A stretch of DNA of 54,412 nucleotides, counting the filler, from Porpidia crustulata (Eukaryota): NCBI GenBank assembly GCA_964255105.1. It is 4 parts of 4 records of this genome, joined end to end, with 100 filler letters (N's around TTAATTAATTAA, not from the genome) between each part and the next. Parts side by side here need not be neighbours in the genome. Positions count along the whole stretch, not along the records: positions 40,902 to 54,412 come from CAXUWE010000436.1; 3 more parts are not named here. One strand, given 5' to 3'. A model generated the notes under the pieces. That model worked only from the letters and a program-made list of their open reading frames with translations. It was not told the DNA's origin and ran no database searches. This document shows positions 45,513 through 54,412 of this stretch, in pieces. The stretch's first letter is position 1; each line of letters opens with the position of its first letter. The position numbers were made by a program, and so were the translations under genes.

Positions 45513-47505
45513 TCATCCTTGGTAGCCTCCATAATTACTGTGAGCGCTGGGTGGGAAGCCACCTGCACTGGGAGGCCCATAGCCACCGCTAGAGTGTTGA
45601 TCACGACCATAGCCACCAGCACTGCCAGGCATACCAGAATTACGAGGCATGGCCGCACCGCTAGGCATCTGAACATTACCATAACCCTGAGGGGCCATGT
45701 TTGGACCTCCATAGGCACCTTGAGGTTGGCCGTAGCCCCCGGGGCTTGGGCCACCCATAGGAGATTGATGGCTGGGCGGATATCCTGACATCGGGTTCGC
45801 CGAGCTAGAGGAGTGCGGTCCACCTTGCGGTGTCATTGGTCCAGGGCCGCCATATTGAGGGAATCCGTAAGCAGGCGAAGATTGAGGGAAGCCTGGAGTT
45901 TGTGGCTGTTGAGGAGAGTATCCGTCGAACTGTCCGGTTGGAGGACGGTCTTTACCCCACTATCCAGAATGTGGTTAGTAGATATATTGAGCAGCGATTT
46001 AGCTCACTTACACTACATTTAAGCGGTCGGCCATTGACGTTGTAGCCGCTGAGTTGACAGATTGCCATTGCCGCATTCTCATGAGTGTCCATCTTGACAA
46101 ACGCGAACCCGCGGTCTGACTGGAACCTCGTCTCGGCAACATAACCAAAATTCTGGAACAATGGTACAAGGTCATTCTGAGTAGTGTATGGAGTGAGGTT
46201 TCCGACATAGCAAGTGGTCTGCCATTGTGGTGTCTGAGCTACCACCATCTCATAGCTCTGAACGCCATGAGTAGGGAAGTGATGATGGCCGAACGGGGTG
46301 GTAGGAGTCATGCCCATCGCCGACATCGCTTGCTGCTGAGAGATAGATGGCTGGCCTTTCTGGTTGGCCCAGTTGCAGCGAATGGCGCGGGAGCCAAGCC
46401 ATTCTCCATCCATTGAGCTGAGGGCCTTTTCGGCATCGCCACGATCACGAAAAGCAACGAACCCATATCCGCGAGATCGACCAGTCTTCATGTCCCACAT
46501 AACGCGGGCTTCGGAAACGGAGCCGAAGGCCGAGAAAGCTTGAAGCAAAACCTCATCGTTCACTTCGTTGCTCAGATCGCCGACGAAAATATGGAAGTGA
46601 TTGGAGGTATCTTCCTTGCTGGAATTATTCGATTGGTACGCCCAATTCACGCGAATCTCCTACTTCGTGGATTAGGCACTTGCTCTAGAGTTTTTGTTCG
46701 AAACTATGGTGACCATCTGGACACAAGACTGACTTACCGCCTGGTGAACCCGTCTGCCATTTAACGTCTGCATGGCGCGTTCAGCTGCTCCTGGATCGTC
46801 GTATTCAATGAAACCGTAATTAAACCCTTTGCTCTAAAAGAATGCCAATCAGCGACGAAGTAATGAGTGGAAGCGCGAAACAGCGGTGAGTGAAAGAAAA
46901 AAAGATTGTGTTGTGCTTTTGTTTCGTGCGATGTCCGGCACAAGCAAACGTCGCCCTGCTCGACGAACACTACTCTAGCGCGTTCTTCGAGTCCTTCCAA
47001 CGCGAAGACAAACTTCTCGAACACATGCGATTACAAGAAACAAACGTGTTTTATGCTCGAAGGTGCGAACTTAAAGACGCTAGCTCTAACTTACCGCTCC
47101 GACATTCTTATCAGGAATTATTTTCACATTTTGGACGTGCCCAGTCGTCTCGAAAATCTGGCGAAGCACATCTTCAGTGACTCTTGGGTCAAGGCCCCCA
47201 ACGTACAAAGCTCGCTTATTTGGCTCAGGTGCAGCACGTCGTATGAAACTGCTGGTAGCTGACCCAGGCGACATCATTCCATTCGCGTCAATCGTTGGGG
47301 AGGTCATGGCTGTTGGAATAGGGTTATTGTTCTGGGGGATTACGACTGGCGGCAACGGTGGAGGCGGCATGTGGGCGGGATTTCCTTGTCCATTGCTTAC
47401 ACCATTGTCGTATTGCGGTTGCTGCCCAGGGGCTCCCGCAAAGGTCGGGGGTAGGGGAGGAAGCGACATCGAAGAAGAGGAAGACATAGGCTCTGTTTCA
47501 GCCAT
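45513..47505 (-). CDS. PUB1: Three-RRM poly(U)/poly(A)+ RNA-binding protein (Pub1/TIA-1), 4 exons, G/P/Q-rich tail
   Basis: APEPNKRALYVGGL, NYGFIEY, EIRVNWAYQS, HFHIFVGDLS, RSRGYGFVAF, AIRCNWANQK, TCYVGNL, RPLKCSWGK. Confidence 0.93.
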
Positions 47506-48453
47506 GCTAATAAATTGCTTGGGTATCTTGAGAAAATGAACGAGCCAAGAGTCTCAAAGCAGTGGAGTAAGAGCTCGATTTAGAGACAAAGCGTTGCAAA
47601 GACTGCAAGTTGTGAGTGACTTCTACCGAGATGTTAAAGTCACGGAATGGAGGGCAGGTAGGCTTGAGCCTCACCTGTAGGTGGTCAAGCTAGCTATTTA
47701 AATGGCGGATTTATAAGCTACAGCTATCTCGAAACTTGCGGACAAGAAGGGCGAAGCTGATGGTAAACGGAAAGCTATTGGCCGAGACAGCAAGAGATGT
47801 GATGAGCGCTTGCTGCAAGAGCACCGACGCAAAGCAAGACAAGAAGAGAGACGACTCAAAGAGAAATAAGAAAGACGAAGGGAAAAGAGAGGGGAGCCAC
47901 TCGAATCCCGGACGCCGTGTCTGATTGTAATATGTGCGAGGATGAGGGATGCGGGAGAGATGCGGAAAGTGGGAGAGAGTTTTTGAGCTCCAGCTAGGTT
48001 TCGATGCTAGTGGGTAAGGTAAGTTGCGAAGAGGATATATTACGCTCTCTCAGTTATGGGATTAAAGTGTTCATTTGCTGTGTCAGAGTAGGGGAAACGG
48101 ATGGCTGAGCATAGTGAAGCCCATAATTTGATTTGTGACTCTCTCTTCACTGAATTGGCGGCTCGTTTCCCGTGTTACTGTGAATCATCAAACTGATTCT
48201 CCCGTCTCTTCTATTCAGAGACTGCCATTTCCTCTTGCCATTAATACAGGCTTGCGAAAGCACTAACGAGGTATTGCTCAGGGATGCGCTTAGCGTCGGA
48301 CTGTACCATCGAATGCTTCCGACATCTTGAATTAAACCCAGCGTCTTCCATCTTGGGGTCCCTGGGTACCTGCCTTCACCCCAATCCTCCCTTCAGATCC
48401 TCCTACCTGAGGAGGCTGTCGGTCATCTAAATCGTTTCGATTCTGTCCTCGAT

Positions 48454-49837
48454 ATGGCGACGAATAATTCCCCGAAGGTGGCTCAGCCACATCCCCCGCA
48501 TGGTTCTATCGATACGCTGTATCCTTGTCTTGCAGTCGTGGTAGCTCTTCCTGAATACATAAGTTACACATTGCATGCTGATGGAGATGTAGCTTGGTGA
48601 AACAGGAAAATTCTTCCGAAACCCTGCCTTACATGATCCCAAGCACCTCGACTACACTAAAGGAAAGCTCGGCAAGCTCATCGCAGGCGCCAATCAAGAA
48701 TTTCAAGATGCGCTGGATGAATTGGAGATAGAAATCGTAAGTCCGCGTCTTACTCATTATAATTGATTCGAACGTCGTCTACACAACCTCGCCGTTATGA
48801 ATAGAGCCCAGAAATCGAAGTTCATGTCTAGTCGCGTCTATTGTTCAACAGGAGATACTCAGCTTACAAGGGCATAGGTTGAAGCGAAAGCAGTTATGGA
48901 ACGAGACCTTGCATTGATTCGAGCAAAGCGAGCGGAAAGGGAACGAGTAGCAGCCGGCTTGAAGCCGCAGAGCCCAGGAGACGGCGAGACCAGGGCTACT
49001 CCTCAAAATGAAAAGGTCGAGAATGCTCAGACCGAATCCGAGCAGAGCTTGAGGAAAGAACTTGCAAATTTGGATTCTGAAGACGTGATCATGGTCAACG
49101 GAGATTTAGATACAGGGGTGGGAGGAGTAGGAGCAGAAGATATGAAGATTCAACTTGCGCCAAAGATAGGGGATGAAGACGTAGCGAAGCAGAACGCAGA
49201 CGTGGATGCCAACCACAACGCAGGGCTGATAATCTCTGGCGAGCCGATGGAGTCCGCTGGTGATCAAATGAAGTCTAATAAAGAGAACGAACATGATGCC
49301 ACACGGCCGGTACAATCGTCAGGGACGCCACCAGTCAACGATTTCCAGGATATCAATTTCGAATCAATGTTCGATGACAACGGTACGACCGGCGATAACG
49401 ACCAGATAGACTTTGACCTCGGCTTCACCAATGACACGAATATGGATGAAGAATTTCTGAACGATTCTGCCTTTGAGAATATCACCATGAGCAACGAAGC
49501 CGCCAAGGACTTGAATTCTACTTCCAATGAAGATATCAATACTCTTCTCCCCGGCTTGGAGAATTATGTTAATGCCGGGGACGATTTTCCAATATCCGAT
49601 AACCCAGCCGCACACTCAGTCGTAACTCCCTACTCTGGTGGTATGAGTAAGCCAACAGATGCAGCTGCTGTGGCATCAGTGGAACAGGCGCCTCTTGAGT
49701 CCAACTTTGACGACTTCTTCGCTTCAGGAACTTATATGGATGGGGGTGGGGATGATGATATGGGTGAGGATGGTGGATTTGGAGACTTTGATGATTCGTG
49801 GTTTGGGACTGACGTCGGCAAGACGGATGGCTCTTGA
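48454..49837 (+). CDS. Conserved hypothetical protein with N-terminal coiled coil and long acidic D/F-rich tail; possible Mediator tail subunit Med2-like
   Basis: Spliced model MATNNSP...LAVV|LGETGKFF...QEFQDALDELEIEI|VEAKAVMERDLALIRAKRAERER, continuing into the 313-aa acidic ORF of the track. Confidence 0.7.
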
Positions 49838-50918
49838 TTGTTGTATCATAGGAAAAGAGTATTGATACTGTGTAACAGATCGACAAGTCCGGGGGCCGGG
49901 AGTTTCTTGATGGTTTTGTAAAAGGGAAGTCGGAGTTTTGGGGGCACCGAATGACAGGAGTTGGACGCATAGAATATTTGGATTCGTTGCCAATAGCTTA
50001 TAGGGAAAGAGAGGGAAACCTCGGAGCTGAGGCTCGGGATGACTTCAGGTCACGATGATAGACATCCAATCTGCTTATCGAGTACATGATGGATATAACA
50101 CTGGCAAGCTTTTTGCTTCGTTGCCAGGCGGGCAATTCCAACATTATGTATATTATCTCTCTGAAGCATCACAATTGCCAACAATCCCTCTCACGGACGC
50201 AATATGTTAGATTCTATTGCCCGCTCAATTTTAATCCCTTTCCTTGCAGTTCACGGATTGTAGTCGAAGGTTCTTACTACCTTCATACACGCAGTGTGGA
50301 AATATCCATGATTTTCCAATGGACGATATAAGAAATAAATCACTTGCTGCGAGTTCTAATACCCGGATTAATAGACATATGGACACATCAGTCTTCAATA
50401 ATGAAGATTAGGGCTAGATTACGTTGATATCTCCGTCAATTAGTGATATATGTCGTTAATGCGTCAGATGTAAACAGGGCTGAAAGCAGAACAGGGACAT
50501 TGACTCCACACGTGGCGCTAGACTAAATCAGGTGCCCAGACACAAGCCGCTAGAGTATGACGTAGAATCAGAGATCTCCAACGCGTGGGAACGCGATCTG
50601 GCTAAGGACCTATCTTTGACAGTAAGGACAGGCAGGCACGAAGCAAATAAGTGTAAGGTGTCAATCAGTTCGATGTGTTGCTTGCGCAATGCTTGCAATC
50701 ATGGACAGCGAAGAGGATTGGTTATAAGAGCAATGAGCAACCTCTGGCAATTTTTTGCTGGCCTCAAAATAGCACGGAGCTTTCCTCACGTCATGATTCA
50801 TTGAGGAAAATCCAAAACTCAATGTCATCATCAGCGCCATGTTGAAAGTAGCAGGGCAAGATCTTCAGGAATCCCTTTCATGATCTTCTCGTCGATCTGT
50901 CAATTAATCCACATATAC

Positions 50919-51804
50919 ATGGCATCAACACTGCTTCGGAGAAAACAGTGTCATATACCCACAATCCACATTAACGTCGCACACACACTCACTCCTTCGT
51001 CTTGGACTTTCTCTCGTCTAAATCAGTCCTACTTCCATACAAGTTCCATAGCAATGGATGGAAGCACGAGAAATCCGACCAAGGAGGGTGATAAGAACAA
51101 CGGTGACCACGGCAGCACAGACGGAGAGCTCAACCAATGGAAATTTCGAGCGCCATATAAAGTCCATGAAAACGACCCTAACTTCTACGTTCGGTATCAG
51201 GCTAGTTGCCATTGTGGCAAAGTGAAGTATCAATTGAGCCGAGAAAAGCCATTGGACTCGAAGTTCTGCCATTGTACAACGTGTCAGAAGCTACATGGTA
51301 CGGGCGACGTACAGTTCCCATTTCAAATCATGTCCTGACCAAATCTAGGTGCACCTTTCCAGTGGGCGGCCATCTTCCACAAGGAAGATATCAACTTCAC
51401 ACACGGCCACCATGATCTTGGCTGGTACGAGAGTGCAGAGAAAACCTGCGTCCATAAATTGCCTTGTAAGGTCAGCTGCGCATATTGCCGGACACCTATT
51501 ATGGATGAGGGTAGAAACATGATCCTGTTATTCCCTACATTGATAGACTTCAAATCAAAGGAAGATCAGAAGAACTTTGACCCTACGTAAGCTTCTCAGC
51601 TGAGTGACTTTACTGCAGGTCCTCAGTTAATATGTCAATCACAGATGCCACATGTTTTACCCGCGGCGAGTGGTAGATATTCCGGACGGAAAGCCGAAAT
51701 GGACGGGCATCAATAACCAAAGCGACCTCATTGAAGACAGCCCGAAACAAGCCAAGGAGGATTTGAAGAGAAAGCGTGAGGAAGAAAAAGATGAAAAGGA
51801 ATAA
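50919..51804 (+). CDS. GFA/CENP-V (Mss4-like) zinc-binding protein, 3 exons; alternative starts at 50880 and 51054
   Basis: ASCHCGKVKY, FCHCTTCQKLHG|APFQWAAIF, CAYCRTPIMDEGRNM, CHMFYPRRVVDIPDGKPKW. Confidence 0.88.
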
Positions 51805-52170
51805 AGTCGAGGTGTAGAGAGCCTTACTGTCATTCTATTGGAGCCGATCGGAACTCTCAGAGCCGCATGACTAAAGCTTGGGAATGGCCCATGGATATGC
51901 GCCTCAGCGATGGCCAAGATGGTAGCCCAGGTCTGCGCGGTAGATAATGTTTATAGAACCATTTCTTGAAAGAAATATATGGCAAAGAAATTAGCTTGTA
52001 CACAGAACTAAATATCAATTGTGATGATCAGATACAATTCTGCCCGTAAATTAAGTGTCAAAATGGGTGAGCGAACTCTCGCGAGTTCTGAGACTTGTCA
52101 GGGATAAAGGAAGAGTGTTGACGAACGGAGTCACGTGCACTGCCACATTACTCTACTCTAGCGCATAAGA

Positions 52171-52267
52171 TACCCGTATATACCCCTAGTTCGGCCATCA
52201 TACCAAGGATTAGGGTTACAGAATGAAGATCTGGCAAGCGTGGCCGAACTAGGGGTATCAACGGGTA
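52171..52267. mobile_element. 93-bp MITE (52173-52265) with 25-bp TIRs and TA target-site duplication, Tc1/mariner-pogo type
   Basis: TA|CCCGTATATACCCCTAGTTCGGCCA ... TGGCCGAACTAGGGGTATCAACGGG|TA; arms match at 23 of 25 positions; inserted within a (TAAGA)n tract. Confidence 0.8.
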
Positions 52268-52533
52268 AGATAAGATAAGATGAGATTGCACTAACCCATC
52301 GTGCATGTGAACCATGTCACCATGACATCGATAGCCGATGTGCCGATCAAATTAATATAGAATGAGATCCAAATAACTTATGATCTTCAGTGTCTATTTG
52401 GTTATCGTAAAGTCGAAATAATAAAGTGGTACTTCTTCGCGACTCGTGAATAGCGCTAAATCCAACAATGAATACGTAGAAGCACTTAATTGATACCTAA
52501 ATCTAGATACGTATTGCGATTACCTATCCCAGA

Positions 52534-54243
52534 ATGACGAACAGCAGAGATGAAACGAGTCCGCTGCTACGAGATCCTGAACATGAAGACACTCGAGAAG
52601 TAAAAGTTCCAATTCACAGAAGGCTATCAATGTTTGACGTTGAATAGGTCATTGAATTCTCCAAGGAAGACGATGAGAACCCTCGCCACTGGTCCCGGGC
52701 GAGGAAACTCGTCAATACGGCAGTCATAGCCTTCATGGCCGGTTCAGTTGTTCTTTTCGAGCAGAAACTATCCAAATTGTAGAACTAATTCTTCCAAGTC
52801 TTGAGCCCTCTTGCGAGTTCCATGTTCACCCCAGGCATCGAAGAAATGGCCTCAGACTTCAAGACCTCTCCCAACGTCATCATAGGGGCTACGACAGGCT
52901 TTGTGGTCTTCCTTGGAATTGGCCCATTGATCCTGGCTCCGCTGTCAGAGACCTTTGGAAGGAGAAGACTGTATCTTATTTGTTTCTCGATATTTGCGGC
53001 ACTACAGATTCCGACAGCGCTAAGTCCGAATATTGAGACTTTACTTGTATTGAGAACGTTTGCAGGATTCTTTGGCAGTACGTCGAGATCACACTGAGGA
53101 GAACTTTGTTTGACTGATTGGCTTAGGTGTTGGAATTGCCAACGGGGGCGGGACCATTAGTGACATGTTCGATCCAAGCGAGAGAGCGTAAGTCCAAAGA
53201 AAGTATTCTTCCAAACCTCAACATCACAGATAGCCAACTACATTCATTTTCGGCGCTTCTAATCCCCTTACCAGACGCCAAAACTGACCAAATATAGCTC
53301 TATCTTCGGCTGGTATCTCCTAGGTCCTCTCCTCGGACCCACGCTTGGTCCCCTGTTTGGTGGTTTGATAGTTGCAGACCTATCGTGGCGCTGGGTGTTC
53401 TGGGTTCTCGCCATTATCTGCACCACCAATACCATCGCCGGGTTCTTCTTCCTCCGGGAAACCTACTCCCCCGTGCTCCTCGAAAACCGCAGGCGAAAAC
53501 GCGAACAGGCCGACGGCGGCAACTACAAAATCGCCGACGAAGACGACCGATCCTTCACGACCAAACTCCTCTCCAGCATGAATAGACCCCTTCGTATCCT
53601 CTTTACCCAACCAATCGTCTTTACCATGTCCATCTACCAAGCCATCATCTTCACCACCAACTACAGCCTCTACACCAACTTCCAGGCCATCTTCGGCGAC
53701 GGCTACGGCTTCTCCACCACCCAAGTCGGCCTCCTCTACCTCGCCCCGGGCCTCGGCTTCCTCGTCTCCATCTGGTTTCTCGTCCCCCGCATCGACACCA
53801 TCTTCAACGCCCTCGCCGCCCGCAACAACAACAACACTCCCAAACCCGAATTCCGCCTCCCCCTCGCCAACATTGGCGCCGTCCTCGTGCCCCTATCCCT
53901 CTTCTGGTTCGCCTGGACAGTTCAATTCCACGCCCACTGGGCCGTCGTCATCCTCAGCACCGTCTTCTTCGGCCTCGGCCAGATCACCATCATGAATTGC
54001 GTGCAGAACTACTACATCGATTCTTTCTCGCAGTACGCGGCTTCGGCCATCGCGGCGGGCACGGTTTTTCGGTCAATAATCGGGGGCGTGGTGCCGTTGT
54101 TCGCGCCGACGCTGTTCGAGAAGGTTGGGTATGGGTGGGGGATTTCGATGTTTGGGTTCTGCGCGCTGGCGCTAACGCCGTCGCCGTTGCTGTTCTTCTA
54201 TTTCGGGGAGAGGGTGAGGAAGAGATTTGCCATCGAGCTCTAA
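52534..54243 (+). CDS. MFS transporter, DHA1 (TPO/FLR1-like) family, ~5 exons
   Basis: DDENPRHWS, SPLASSMFTPG, APLSETFGRR, GGGTISDMF...ER, GPTLGPLFGG, WRWVFW, ETYSP, PEFRL, YAASAIA, GYGWG. Confidence 0.92.
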
Positions 54244-54412
54244 TTGTATCTGATTTCTTGGTTTTGCATGGCAACGCACTCTTATTTGGAATATACAGCA
54301 TAGCCTGGCGTCACGTAGGGACGAAATACATATTTGGGAAATGAGCACAAGTCGCCAGCGCCCTCGGCTCCTGGTCTATCCATCTCCCGGCCACAATATA
54401 CCCCCTCCGCTC

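Noticed and set aside
1594..54344. Numerous 60-180 aa antisense or alternate-frame ORFs overlapping the called genes; CRISPR, tRNA and rRNA
   Set aside because: Shadow ORFs of real coding sequence; no repeat-spacer array, tRNA or rRNA signature was seen.

Overview
Eukaryotic DNA from a filamentous ascomycete (Pezizomycotina): intron-containing genes with GT..AG introns and CTRAC-like branch points. The window is not one locus. It is four ~13.5-kb scaffolds (1-13551, 13652-27182, 27283-40801, 40902-54412, in descending length) joined by artificial 100-nt N/TTAATTAATTAA/N linkers, so adjacency across linkers means nothing. Scaffold 1 is accessory and looks like a metabolic gene cluster: a CYP505-like P450-reductase fusion (broken by a gap), a CexA/Itp1/QDR-type DHA1 MFS exporter, a Zn2Cys6 regulator, a PrpF-family isomerase (Adi1/TbrA-like) with a possible mitochondrial presequence, and a divergent SFC1/AcuL-type mitochondrial carrier with an in-frame TAG. 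It resembles the Ustilago itaconate cluster without the decarboxylase and is a candidate trans-aconitate or related organic-acid module. Scaffold 2: Pth11-like membrane protein, CDC25 Ras-GEF, LYS2. Scaffold 3: RPL31, CHK1, UBE2C-type E2, small Ino4-like bHLH, HIS4, MAS1, SDH4, with pogo/Fot1-like TIRs at both ends. Scaffold 4: MRP17 (partial), MGM1, PUB1, a Med2-like protein, a GFA-domain protein, a 93-bp TA-flanked MITE and a DHA1 MFS. All homology calls come from recalled motifs, not database searches, and exon boundaries were read by eye.
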